A DNA stretch of 52,119 nt from NCBI GenBank assembly GCA_045600365.1, contig JAZRXT010000103.1:1-52119 (forward strand). The letters are read 5' to 3'. Shown here in pieces: positions 9,549 to 19,148 of the stretch. The stretch comes from Kiritimatiellia bacterium (GTDB lineage: Bacteria; Verrucomicrobiota; Kiritimatiellia; RFP12; UBA1067). The number at the start of each line of letters is the position of its first letter. The stretch's first letter is position 1. Under the pieces are notes generated by a model that did no database searches, was not told the DNA's origin, and saw only the letters and a program-made list of their open reading frames with translations. Made by a program: the position numbers and the translations under genes.

Positions 9549-10751
9549 CTAGAAAATCGCCGGCTGCGACATCCAGTCAAGCACACCGGCCACCACCGCG
9601 TCCGCCACCTTTTTCAGTCTGGCTGCATCCCAACTTGCCGCCTCGCCCTCGGGGAGATTGATGAAGTCGACTTCCAGCAGACAGCTCGGCACGCACGGGT
9701 TGCGACAGACCGCCAACGACTTTAGCTGGGCACCTGAATCGGGCACCGGTGCAACGGCGGCGGCAAGATGGCGATGAATCGCCTTTGCCAGCGCGAGGCC
9801 ATTGGTGTGCGAAGCGTACGAGACGACATGCCTCGCCAGACGGGGATCGCGGTGCGCAGCGGTGGAGTTGTGATGCACGGAAATGAAGGCGTCGGCACGC
9901 ACGTCAAATGCCAACTGCGGACGCCGCAGCAGCGACGGCAGCGAGTCGCCGTCCCGAGTCATCACCACCTGGAAGCCGACGCTCTCAAGGGCGTCGCGGA
10001 TAGCCCGCGCCTGTAGAAGATTCACGTCCTTCTCGCGCCAGCCATGCGGCGAAAGCGCCCCCGAGTCGCGGCCGCCGTGACCGGCATCCACGCAGATGCG
10101 CACCTCCTCGGGGCGTTTCCCGTAGGGCGGATGATCGGCAAATCCGGCGGTGACATCAGGCGCCGCCAGCATGCGGGGCGGTGCTTCCAGTTTCGGTACC
10201 GGGGAAACCAGCCACGAGGAAATGAAACCCATCTTCCCCTCCAGCCACACCGAAACCACGTCCAGCCCCTTCACGGCAGAACCGCCGAGAACGAACCCCT
10301 TCGGCAGATAGAAGATGGTGTCGCCATCATTCGGTGCCGTTCGCACACGGTTGACGAAGATCGATTCCCCCACAGTCCGCCAGGCAGAGTACTTTCCCAG
10401 ACGGGAATCGTCCGCAGTAACCATCGGCACTGGGGAATCGGCTGGAGGTGGCGACTCCCGCGCGACGACGAAAGTGCGCACCAGGCGTCCGCCCGCACTG
10501 CTGACGACAACCTCGTTCGTGCCCGCGGCCACCGGCACCATGGCGATGAAGGCGCCAGTGCGGTGGACATCGGCCGTAGTGCCATTCACGTAGACGACCT
10601 GCCCGGGCTCCGCAGCTCCGATGAGATAGGTCTCCTTCACAAACGGCAGACGCTGCCGCTCGGCGGGAAACGAGACCGTCGGCGCGGCCGCCACGCACGC
10701 CATCGCCGATACCAGCGCAAAACACGAGACGATGAAGCGGATGCGTTCCAT
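9549..10751 (-). CDS. N-acetylmuramoyl-L-alanine amidase (Amidase_3)
   Basis: Signal peptide; VDAGHGGRDSGA, EKDVNL, VMTR, FISVHHNS, PSCLLEVDFI. TGATG overlap with the upstream gene. Confidence 0.88.
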   Translation of the reverse strand: MERIRFIVSCFALVSAMACVAAAPTVSFPAERQRLPFVKETYLIGAAEPGQVVYVNGTTADVHRTGAFIAMVPVAAGTNEVVVSSAGGRLVRTFVVARESPPPADSPVPMVTADDSRLGKYSAWRTVGESIFVNRVRTAPNDGDTIFYLPKGFVLGGSAVKGLDVVSVWLEGKMGFISSWLVSPVPKLEAPPRMLAAPDVTAGFADHPPYGKRPEEVRICVDAGHGGRDSGALSPHGWREKDVNLLQARAIRDALESVGFQVVMTRDGDSLPSLLRRPQLAFDVRADAFISVHHNSTAAHRDPRLARHVVSYASHTNGLALAKAIHRHLAAAVAPVPDSGAQLKSLAVCRNPCVPSCLLEVDFINLPEGEAASWDAARLKKVADAVVAGVLDWMSQPAIF

Positions 10752-11668
10752 CAGACGACGCGCTCGCCCCACATGGGCACAACCACCCTACCGCCCTCGG
10801 CCTTGACCCTGGCCAGAGCCGTCTTCACCATCGGCGTGGTCAGCCGCCCGGTCGAATGACCAAGTTCCCACAGATGGCCAAATACCATCTTGCGCGGGCG
10901 AATGCGCCGATAGGCGTCGGCGACGTCAAGCCCGCAGCCGGGAAAGACCAGCCATATATCGGGAGATCCATGGACGGTCTTCAGCTTCTTCGAATTGCCG
11001 CAATCGCCAGAATGGAACAGCTTCCAGTCACCGACCTTGATTTCGAAGGTGGTGGTGAAATCCACCAGATACTGATTGTGGTCGGTCAGCGAGGTGCGAA
11101 CTTCCACATCCTTGATCCGAAAGGTCTTCTCGGCGCGCGTATATCCGCCGGCCTCCCACCAGCACTTGCCGCCCTTCCGCCAGTCGGCGGCGCCGTAGTT
11201 GTCGCGGAAGTTGTTGACCACCGTCTTGCCCGCGCCGTTCATTGCACGATAGAATGGCTCGCGATAGTGGTCGTTGTGATTATGGGTGATCAGCGCGAAG
11301 TCAAGCATCGACGCCAGCTCCAGATCGCGCCGGTGATTGAGATCGATCGAGAAGAGCGCATCGCGCGTCTTCACCACATAGCCCATGTTGTAGATATGCC
11401 AGATGGCGGGAACGGAGCCGACCTTGCAGGAGCGAATCTCCTCGAGGGCAGAGGCAAATCCCCGCTCGAGCTTCTCGAGCGACGCGAAGCCATGGGCGTC
11501 GCCGTCCTTCAGATAGGCGACATAGTCGCTCGGCTTGACCAGATCAGTCTCCTTCTGCCACTGGTCCAGCTTCGCGTGGAGGTCGGATTCGGCGTCTGCC
11601 GCGCCGGATGAAGCCAAGGCGGCGGTGGCAGCCATCCCCGCGACGAATTCCCTTCTAGAAGCGGTCAT
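10751..11668 (-). CDS. Tat-exported metallo-beta-lactamase-fold hydrolase
   Basis: Twin-arginine signal SRREF...ADA; THNHNDH, FHSGD, GHLWELGH. Confidence 0.82.
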   Translation of the reverse strand: MTASRREFVAGMAATAALASSGAADAESDLHAKLDQWQKETDLVKPSDYVAYLKDGDAHGFASLEKLERGFASALEEIRSCKVGSVPAIWHIYNMGYVVKTRDALFSIDLNHRRDLELASMLDFALITHNHNDHYREPFYRAMNGAGKTVVNNFRDNYGAADWRKGGKCWWEAGGYTRAEKTFRIKDVEVRTSLTDHNQYLVDFTTTFEIKVGDWKLFHSGDCGNSKKLKTVHGSPDIWLVFPGCGLDVADAYRRIRPRKMVFGHLWELGHSTGRLTTPMVKTALARVKAEGGRVVVPMWGERVV

Positions 11669-11682
11669 TGTTCAGTCTCCCC

Positions 11683-12894
11683 TCAGGTTGTGTAGTCGGC
11701 ATTGATGTGCACATAGTCCAGCGAGAAGTCGCAGGTGTGGATGATGCACTCGCCATCGCCAAGATGAAGGTCCACCGTGACCTCCAGTTCCGGGCCCTGC
11801 ATCTCCTTCTCGAGTTTAGCCAGCTGCTGGGCGTCGGCGACCTGTCCGCGGCGATACGCCCAGGTACGGCCGTAGAAAACTTCGGCCAGGCGATCGTCCA
11901 CCGCCGCGCCGGAATATCCGGCGGCGGCAAGCACGCGCCCCCAGTTCGGATCCTTGCCGAACCACGAGGTCTTGGCCAGCGGACTCTTGGCGATCGCCCT
12001 GGCGGCGCGTTCGGCGTCGCGCGCCGACTTCGCCCCCCTGACCTTGACCGCCACGTACTTTGTGGCACCCTCACCATCGGCCGCCATCTGTCGGGCCAGC
12101 GCTACGCCAACCGCCGTGAGCGCGGCCACGAAGGCATCGAAGTCGGGTCCCGCCCGGTCGATCGTGGAATTGCCGGCCGCCCCCGACGCCAGCAGGAACA
12201 CGCTGTCATTGGTCGACTCGTCGCCATCCACCACCACGTGGTTGAACGAAACGGAAACCGCGAGCTTCAGAGCGCGGCGCAGCATCGCCGGCGTGATTGC
12301 GCAGTCGGTGGTGATGAATCCCAGCATGGTGGCCATGTTGGGCTCGATCATCCCCGATCCCTTGCACATTCCGCCAACGACGACCTTGCACCCGCCGATG
12401 CGAGTGCTCACAGCCGCCTGCTTGGGACGCGTGTCCGTGGTCATCACCGCCCTTTCCGCAGCCAGCGCGGCGGCGGGCGAACGCTCGAGCTTCGCAGCCG
12501 CGTCCTTCATGCCGGCGAGCAGCCGGTCCATTGGCAGACGACGCCCGATCACGCCGGTGGACGCAACGAGAACGTGGTGCGGATCGATGCCAAGCTCGCC
12601 CGCAGTCGCCAGGGCCGAGAGCTCGGCGTCATGATAGCCGGGCTCGCCCGTGCAGGCATTGGCGCAGCCGCTATTGGCGAGGATCGCCTGGATGCGGCCG
12701 CGCCTGACCACTGCGCGGTCATAGACCACGGGAGCGGCCGCGACGGCGTTGGTGGTGAACATGGCGGCGGCGGCGCAGGGACGATCCGCCACCAGTAGCG
12801 CAACGTCGTTGCGCCCCTTGTATTTGATCTCGGCCCCAACGCCGGCGGCCCTGAAACCCCTGGCGGCGCAAATCCCGCCTTCAATCATCTTCAT
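11683..12894 (-). CDS. argJ: bifunctional glutamate N-acetyltransferase ArgJ
   Basis: NSGCANACTG, STGVIG, MTTDT, KGSGMIEPNMATML, DGEGATK, DPNWGR, INADYTT. Confidence 0.97.
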   Translation of the reverse strand: MKMIEGGICAARGFRAAGVGAEIKYKGRNDVALLVADRPCAAAAMFTTNAVAAAPVVYDRAVVRRGRIQAILANSGCANACTGEPGYHDAELSALATAGELGIDPHHVLVASTGVIGRRLPMDRLLAGMKDAAAKLERSPAAALAAERAVMTTDTRPKQAAVSTRIGGCKVVVGGMCKGSGMIEPNMATMLGFITTDCAITPAMLRRALKLAVSVSFNHVVVDGDESTNDSVFLLASGAAGNSTIDRAGPDFDAFVAALTAVGVALARQMAADGEGATKYVAVKVRGAKSARDAERAARAIAKSPLAKTSWFGKDPNWGRVLAAAGYSGAAVDDRLAEVFYGRTWAYRRGQVADAQQLAKLEKEMQGPELEVTVDLHLGDGECIIHTCDFSLDYVHINADYTT

Positions 12895-12921
12895 TGCAGA
12901 CCTTCTTTCCGTTTAAGCCAA

Positions 12922-14271
12922 TTAGCAGATGCCCTTGAGCATCATCTTGAAGTAATAGGCCTTGAGCATGTACTTCTTCAGCCACCATCCCGAACGCAGC
13001 TCCTTCGACGTGTCGAGCAGCGACAGCGGGAAGGTGGGATGCGGTTTCTTGTCGTAGCCAAACTCGCACATCAGCACGTGGCCGTAGTCGGTGATGATCG
13101 GGCAGGCGGCGTATCCATCGTACTCCGCCGTGGGCTTGCGGTCCAGAACGAGCGAGACGAGATTCTCCATTGCCACCGGTGCCTGCTTCTTGATGGACGC
13201 CGACGTCTTCGACGTGGGAATGCCCGCAACGTCGCCCAAAGATATGATGTCGGGGAAGCGACGGTGAACAAGAGTCTTGGAGTCAACCTCCACCCACGCC
13301 TCGCGGGCCAACTTCCCCTCGGTCCATCCGAGCCCGGACTCGCGCACGAAGTCCGGCGCACTCTGCGGTGGCGCGAAGTGGAGGAAGTCGTATTCCTCGG
13401 TGAACTTGGCACCGGTTTTGCGATCCTCGAAATAGGCCCGCCTGGCCTGCACGTCGACGCCGGTGAGCTTGGCGTTCAGGCGGATCGGAACGTTGCGCTC
13501 CTTGTAGATCGCCTCGAGCCGCGGCGTGTAGAACGGTACGTCGTAGAGCTCCTTGGACGCGGTGAAATAATCCAGTTTGAGCCGCGCACGGGTACCCTTC
13601 TTCCGGGCAAGGTGCTCGGTGAGCAGGCATATCTTCTTCGGTGCGCCACCACACTTGAGCTTGGTCCAGGTGTCGGCGTAGACGCCGCGTCCGCCGGTTT
13701 CGACAAAGCGCTCGATTGCCGCCCGGGTGCGAATGGAGCCCTCGAAGTCGTAGATCGAATGGGCGTTCCCCTGTCCCAGCGTCGCCTTGGAGATGCCGTC
13801 GACAAGCGACCAGTTCTCCTGGATGCCGGGGACGAGAATCAGGAAGTCGTAGCGAAGGCGCTGCCCGCCCGACGTCACAACCACCTTGTGATCGGGTTCA
13901 ACCGCCGCCGCCTTCTCGCGGATCCAGCGCACTCCCTTGGGAATGAGACTCTCCTCGCGCACCCAGATGTCGTCCGACTTCCACACCCCGGCGCCAATCA
14001 TGGTGAAGCCCGGCTGGTAGAAGTGGCGCTCGGCCGGCTCGACGATCGTCACGTTCGCCTTTGGCATGCGCCTGCGCACCAGGGACGCCATGGTGATGCC
14101 GGCGGCCCCGCCGCCGACTATGACGATGCCGGCCTGGGCGTTGGCGGCGGGATCGTCGCCGGCGGTGCAGCCAACGAAAGGAACTGCCGCAAGGGCGGCC
14201 GCGCCAATTGCGAATTCGCGCCTGGTGACGCCAGGGACGGACACATCCGACAATATATCAGGGTCTTGCAT
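12922..14271 (-). CDS. sqr: sulfide:quinone oxidoreductase-like flavoprotein with Tat signal and lipobox
   Basis: TRREF plus FVGC; IVGGGAAG, HFYQPGFTMIG, KCGGAPKKI, LGDVAGIPTSKT, YDGYAACP, EFGY. Confidence 0.82.
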   Translation of the reverse strand: MQDPDILSDVSVPGVTRREFAIGAAALAAVPFVGCTAGDDPAANAQAGIVIVGGGAAGITMASLVRRRMPKANVTIVEPAERHFYQPGFTMIGAGVWKSDDIWVREESLIPKGVRWIREKAAAVEPDHKVVVTSGGQRLRYDFLILVPGIQENWSLVDGISKATLGQGNAHSIYDFEGSIRTRAAIERFVETGGRGVYADTWTKLKCGGAPKKICLLTEHLARKKGTRARLKLDYFTASKELYDVPFYTPRLEAIYKERNVPIRLNAKLTGVDVQARRAYFEDRKTGAKFTEEYDFLHFAPPQSAPDFVRESGLGWTEGKLAREAWVEVDSKTLVHRRFPDIISLGDVAGIPTSKTSASIKKQAPVAMENLVSLVLDRKPTAEYDGYAACPIITDYGHVLMCEFGYDKKPHPTFPLSLLDTSKELRSGWWLKKYMLKAYYFKMMLKGIC

Positions 14272-14281
14272 TCCAACTCTC

Positions 14282-16288
14282 TCAGGATGTCTTCTGCATG
14301 TCGCACAGATGGCGGTAGGTTCCGCCGAGCGCGTACAGCTCGTCATGGGTGCCGCGCTCCACGATCTCGCCGTCGTTCATCACCAGGATGAGATCGGCAT
14401 TGCGCACGGTGGACAGCCGGTGCGCAATCGCGAAGGTGGTGCGGTCTTTCATCAGATTGTCGATAGCGTCCTGGACCAGACGCTCCGTAACCGTGTCGAG
14501 CGCGCTGGTCGCCTCATCGAGAATCAGCACCGGCGGATTGCGCAGAATGGCGCGGGCAATGGCGATGCGCTGGCGTTCGCCGCCGGAAAGCGAGAACCCC
14601 TTCTCGCCCGCCATCCTTGCATAGCCCTCGCCGTGCGCCATGATGAAGTCGTGGGCATTGGCGAGCTTGGCCGCGCGAACCACTTCCTCGTGCGTGGCGC
14701 CGGGAGTGCCGTAGCGGATGTTCTCCTCGATCGTGTCGTTGAAGAGCAGAGTCTCCTGCATCACGGCGCCGATGAGGCAGCGCAGATCGGCGGTGCGGAT
14801 GTCGCGCAGGTCGATTCCGTCCATCGTGACACGCCCCGAGGATGGATCGTAGAAGCGCGCCAGAAGTCCGCTCATGGTCGACTTGCCGCTACCGGTGCCG
14901 CCCACCACCGCCACAAAGCCGCCGCGGGGAACCTCAAAGGAGGCGTGGGAGACTGCGTCGTGGTCGGTCGCGTCGTAGCGGAACGTGACGTCGTCGAAGA
15001 CGATGCCGCAGTCGAAGGACTTCTTCTCCACCGCGTCGGCCTTCTCCGGCAGGGCCATTTCGACGTCGAAGATGGAGAAGATGCGCGCGAGCGCCGCGCG
15101 CCCCTGTTCGATCTGCACCTGGATCTTGGACAGCTGCTTCAGCGGCTTGTAGATGATGACGAGCGGCGCCAGCATCGGCATCATCGAGGAAACGGTGATA
15201 TGCTCGAAATAGCACCAGACAAGAAAGAGGCAGAGCAGCAGGATGCCGACGGTCTCGACAGCCGGCCCCACCAGCAGACCCAGCCGCACGGCCCGCAGAG
15301 TGGCCTTGAGCAGATCGTGCACGACCCGGCGGTACTTCGCGTTCTCGAACTCCTCGGTGTTGTAGGCCTTGACCACGCGCACGCAGGTGAGAATCTCGTG
15401 GATGCGGCTGCCCACCACCGAGAACCGCTTCAGGGCGCGCTTCGCCCACTTGCGGATGCGCTTCGAGAGCGCAACCACCGGCACGATGAACATCGGAAAG
15501 CCGATGCAGATCATCATCAGCGTCGGCAGCATGTGGTTGGCGATCGCGAACCATATTATGAATCCAACCGACACGATGATCTCGAAGGGACCCTGCGCCA
15601 GCTCCTGGAGCACATGCTGCATGATCTGGCGTACCTGCTGGGGGTCGGACGTGGAGCGGCTCATCAGCTGGCCCACGTCGATGCGGCCGAAGAACTGGAG
15701 CGACTGCTTCTGAAGATGCTTCAGCACGTCGATGCGCAGGTCGGCCACCACCTTCATCGCGGCCCAGGCGAGACAGTAGTGGTTGAGGAACGTGAGCCCC
15801 AGGCGCAGAAACGCCAGCAGCGGCACCACGAACAGCGCCAGCACCACCAGGGCGCCGCCCATCTCGCCGGTTTCCTTCTGCAGCTTTATGCCGCACTTGG
15901 CGGCAAGCTTCTCGGCCTTGGGGAACCAGCCGGGCAGCTCGGAGGCCTTCTCCAGCTCCCGCGCCAGCTTTCCATGGGCCCGCCCGGCCTTCTGCTCGCC
16001 CTGGCCGCGCTTCGCCGTCTGCTCGGGAACCTGAGCGGCTGCCGGCGACTCGGCGGCCTTCTGCGGATTCTCGTGCGAAAGGACGCCGGTAAGCGATGGT
16101 TGCACGACCTGGTAGAGCGGCACCAGCGTTCCCGCGGTGAGAATCCCGCAGACGATGCCCACCACGATGCGCAACCGATAGCGGCGGGCATAGCGCCACA
16201 GGCGCCCATACACCTCCCGCGCAGTGTATTCGCGATCAAAGAACTCCTGCGCGTAGCGCCGGGGCTCATGCCCATGATGTCTACCCAT
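14282..16288 (-). CDS. MsbA-like ABC exporter (TMD-NBD fusion)
   Basis: Multi-TM membrane domain then GGTGSGKST, LSGGERQRIAIARA, ILDEATSALD, IAHRLSTV. Confidence 0.9.
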   Translation of the reverse strand: MGRHHGHEPRRYAQEFFDREYTAREVYGRLWRYARRYRLRIVVGIVCGILTAGTLVPLYQVVQPSLTGVLSHENPQKAAESPAAAQVPEQTAKRGQGEQKAGRAHGKLARELEKASELPGWFPKAEKLAAKCGIKLQKETGEMGGALVVLALFVVPLLAFLRLGLTFLNHYCLAWAAMKVVADLRIDVLKHLQKQSLQFFGRIDVGQLMSRSTSDPQQVRQIMQHVLQELAQGPFEIIVSVGFIIWFAIANHMLPTLMMICIGFPMFIVPVVALSKRIRKWAKRALKRFSVVGSRIHEILTCVRVVKAYNTEEFENAKYRRVVHDLLKATLRAVRLGLLVGPAVETVGILLLCLFLVWCYFEHITVSSMMPMLAPLVIIYKPLKQLSKIQVQIEQGRAALARIFSIFDVEMALPEKADAVEKKSFDCGIVFDDVTFRYDATDHDAVSHASFEVPRGGFVAVVGGTGSGKSTMSGLLARFYDPSSGRVTMDGIDLRDIRTADLRCLIGAVMQETLLFNDTIEENIRYGTPGATHEEVVRAAKLANAHDFIMAHGEGYARMAGEKGFSLSGGERQRIAIARAILRNPPVLILDEATSALDTVTERLVQDAIDNLMKDRTTFAIAHRLSTVRNADLILVMNDGEIVERGTHDELYALGGTYRHLCDMQKTS

Positions 16289-16335
16289 TAAACCATCTCC
16301 GCTGCCGGAAGGAGAGAAAAACCCTGGCTTTCAGC

Positions 16336-17199
16336 CTATTTGCCGCCAAACGCCGCCGAGGGGCGATCACCGCGCACCGCGGCGTTGGCGACCTCCTTCA
16401 TCAGCTTCGCGTCGGCATCGGTTACGAAGTTCGGCTTCCAGGTGCACTTGGTGACGTCGGCCTTGAAGAGCTTGGCAGTCCACACCAGAGACTGGAAATA
16501 CTGCCCTCGGTTGTTGAGATGGAAGACGTCGCCCTTGGGCTTCCACCCGCCACCTTCGGTCTGTTCGAACTTCGCGCTGCCGCAGACGTCGCCGCCGAAT
16601 GAGTTCTCGGTGTACTTGACCGGCAGGCGTTCACGCCACAGCTGCACCGCGGTTCCGGTTGGAATCACGCGGAAACCGTAGCCGGCCGCGAAATCGCCGT
16701 ATGCCTTCTGCAGCTGGGCATACATCTCGTGCTGGTCGATCTTCCAGTTCGCAAGGCGCCGATCCCAGGGGGTGTAGCTCCAGGTTTCCTGCACGACGAT
16801 CTCCGCGCCCGGGCAGTACTCCTTCAGCTTGCGAACCAGATCGTCGCCAAAGGGGTGATAGGTCTTGGGCTGCCAGGAGTAGTGCGATGCCTGCTGGATC
16901 GTGATGATGTCCCACTTGCACCCCTTTGCGATCTCGGGGATGTTCGCCTGGGCGGGCGCGTCCTTTACCCTTTTGCCGTTTCTGGAAAGCCAGTAGCCGT
17001 AGGGACGGAACTCGGCGTTCGTCGACGCCACCACGTTGTTCCAGTGGCGCTCCAGGGAGCAGCCGCCGATGTTGAGCGATCCGAGTTCGAGCTCCAGACC
17101 CATCGAGTCGCAGATCTGCGGCATGTTGTGGACGTTGGAAATCGAGAAACTGTTCCCGATCATCAGCACCTTGAGTGCCGCCGCCAGCATGAGATTCAT
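16336..17199 (-). CDS. SGNH-like DUF4886-type protein
   Basis: KVLMIGNSFS, IGGCSLERHW, WDIITIQQAS, QETWSY, DVFHLN; SD aaagga upstream of ATG 17199. Confidence 0.78.
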   Translation of the reverse strand: MNLMLAAALKVLMIGNSFSISNVHNMPQICDSMGLELELGSLNIGGCSLERHWNNVVASTNAEFRPYGYWLSRNGKRVKDAPAQANIPEIAKGCKWDIITIQQASHYSWQPKTYHPFGDDLVRKLKEYCPGAEIVVQETWSYTPWDRRLANWKIDQHEMYAQLQKAYGDFAAGYGFRVIPTGTAVQLWRERLPVKYTENSFGGDVCGSAKFEQTEGGGWKPKGDVFHLNNRGQYFQSLVWTAKLFKADVTKCTWKPNFVTDADAKLMKEVANAAVRGDRPSAAFGGK

Positions 17200-17337
17200 C
17201 TTGATATGTCCTTTCGTTACCTGCGGCAATGTGCCGCACAACGAGATATTCTATCAAACATTCGACCACAAGTCAAAACAAACAGATATCACACGCTTGC
17301 GGCGAGCGGGTCAATTATGGTATAATATAACCTGCAT

Positions 17338-19137
17338 ATGTCAGACAACAATACAAAGACCCACTGTGTGGTGGAGAAGAAGATCTGTCGGCTTCAGCTG
17401 GATGAAGGTGGCTTCAGGCTCGAAGAGGGCGGGTCATTGCCGGAAGTCGAGGTTGCCTGGGAATCGATTGGCCTCGAGAGACCGGAAAACGACAACGTGG
17501 TCTTCATCTGCCATGCACTCACCGGCGACGCCCACGTGGCTGGCCGCTACGCCGGCGAAAGCGAGAATTCCGGGTGGTGGGAGTCGATCGTGGGCCCCGG
17601 GCGGGCCATCGACACCAACCGGTACCGCGTGATCTGCGCCAACGTGCTGGGTGGCTGCAAGGGAACGACCGGGCCGTCCAGCGTCAATCCCGCCACGGGC
17701 AGACCCTGGGGCGGCGATTTTCCCCGCTTCACCATGGGCGACACGGTGGAGGTCTACCGCGCCCTTCTCCATCAGCTCGGCATCACCCATCTGGCCGGTC
17801 TCGTCGGCGGGAGCTTCGGCGGCATCCAGGTGATTGAATGGATCGCCGCCCATCCGGGCGAAGTCGACCGCGCGGTGATGATCGCGTCCGGCGCGGCGCT
17901 CAATGCGCAGGCGCTCGCGTTCGACATCGTCGGCCGCTACGCGATCACCCTCGACCCCCATTGGCACAACGGCGACTACTACGACAAGCCGCAGGAGGAC
18001 CGCCCCAACATAGGCCTCGCCCAGGCCCGCCAGGTTGCGCATATAACCTACCTTTCGCTGGACCTGCTGAACCGCCGCTTCGGGCGGCGGCTGCAGGAGG
18101 ACTGGCTGGAGCGCGACGAGGACTGGAAGCGGCGGCATGCCGATAGATTCGGCACGATGTTCGCGATCGAGAGCTATCTTGGCTACCAGGCGAAGAAGTT
18201 CCTCGCGAGATTCGACGCCAACAGCTATCTCCAGATCACGCACGCGATGGACCGCTATGACGCCGCGGTGAAGTATGGTTCGATCGACGAGGTGTGCCGC
18301 CGCATAACCTCGAAGCTGCTGCTGATCTCCATATCGGGCGACTGGCTCTTCAGCGAAGAGCAGAGCCGCACCATCGCCGCCGCCATGCTTCGGCAGAACA
18401 AGCACGTTTCATACGCCCATCTCGACATAAAGGTGGGCCATGACGGCTTTCTAACCCACACCCGCGAACTCGGGCGCGTTATGGGAAGCTTCTTCGCCCC
18501 CGCCACGCGCGAGGTCGCGGACGAAAAGCGCCGTAAGCTCGCGCCTCTCGTGGCAATGGTGCCCCAGGGCGCGCGCGTGCTGGACATCGGCTGCGGCAGT
18601 GGTTCGCTGCTCACGCTGCTCCGCGCCAAGGGAATCGAGGGCACCGGCGTGGAAATCGATCCGGAGAAGATCGTCAATGGCGTCAAGGGCGATCTGAGCA
18701 TACTCCACGACGACGCCGACGAGGGCCTGGAAATACTTCCGGACGGCGCATACGACCTCGCCGTGCTGTCGGAGACGCTGCAGACGGTCCGCAAGCCAAG
18801 GGAGATTCTGGTGCGGATTCTGGACAAGGCCAGAGAGGCCGTGGTCACAATCCCCAACTTCGCATCTCTGCCGATCCGCCTCCACCTTGCATTCACCGGC
18901 AGAATGCCCGTGGGCAGCGAACTTCCCTTTGAATGGTACGACACGCCGAACACGCACTTCTTCACCTACCGCGACTTCCGTGCACTCTGCAAAAAGGAGA
19001 ATATCGAGATCAAGAGCGTGCGTGCTGAGTCGTCCAACCTCCTTGGACGCCTACTGGTGCGGCTCGGCCTGGTAAACCTGGGCGCCGACCGCGTCATCTG
19101 CCGCCTTGCCAGAAACGAGCGGAAAACCGCCGAGTAA
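17338..19137 (+). CDS. metX: homoserine O-acyltransferase MetX fused to C-terminal MetW (SAM-binding) domain
   Basis: HALTG, NVLGGCKGTTGP, GGSFGG, RFDANSY, GHDGFL; then VLDIGCGSG, VTIPNF, GRMPVGSELPFEWYDTPNTH. Confidence 0.9.
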   Translation: MSDNNTKTHCVVEKKICRLQLDEGGFRLEEGGSLPEVEVAWESIGLERPENDNVVFICHALTGDAHVAGRYAGESENSGWWESIVGPGRAIDTNRYRVICANVLGGCKGTTGPSSVNPATGRPWGGDFPRFTMGDTVEVYRALLHQLGITHLAGLVGGSFGGIQVIEWIAAHPGEVDRAVMIASGAALNAQALAFDIVGRYAITLDPHWHNGDYYDKPQEDRPNIGLAQARQVAHITYLSLDLLNRRFGRRLQEDWLERDEDWKRRHADRFGTMFAIESYLGYQAKKFLARFDANSYLQITHAMDRYDAAVKYGSIDEVCRRITSKLLLISISGDWLFSEEQSRTIAAAMLRQNKHVSYAHLDIKVGHDGFLTHTRELGRVMGSFFAPATREVADEKRRKLAPLVAMVPQGARVLDIGCGSGSLLTLLRAKGIEGTGVEIDPEKIVNGVKGDLSILHDDADEGLEILPDGAYDLAVLSETLQTVRKPREILVRILDKAREAVVTIPNFASLPIRLHLAFTGRMPVGSELPFEWYDTPNTHFFTYRDFRALCKKENIEIKSVRAESSNLLGRLLVRLGLVNLGADRVICRLARNERKTAE

Positions 19138-19148
19138 AGGATCAGCCA

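Noticed and set aside
14066-16291. 741 aa plus-strand ORF, and similar long ORFs at 7749-9539, 36789-38351, 41455-42969 and 49173-50645
   Set aside because: Antisense shadows of well-supported genes, as expected in high-GC DNA.
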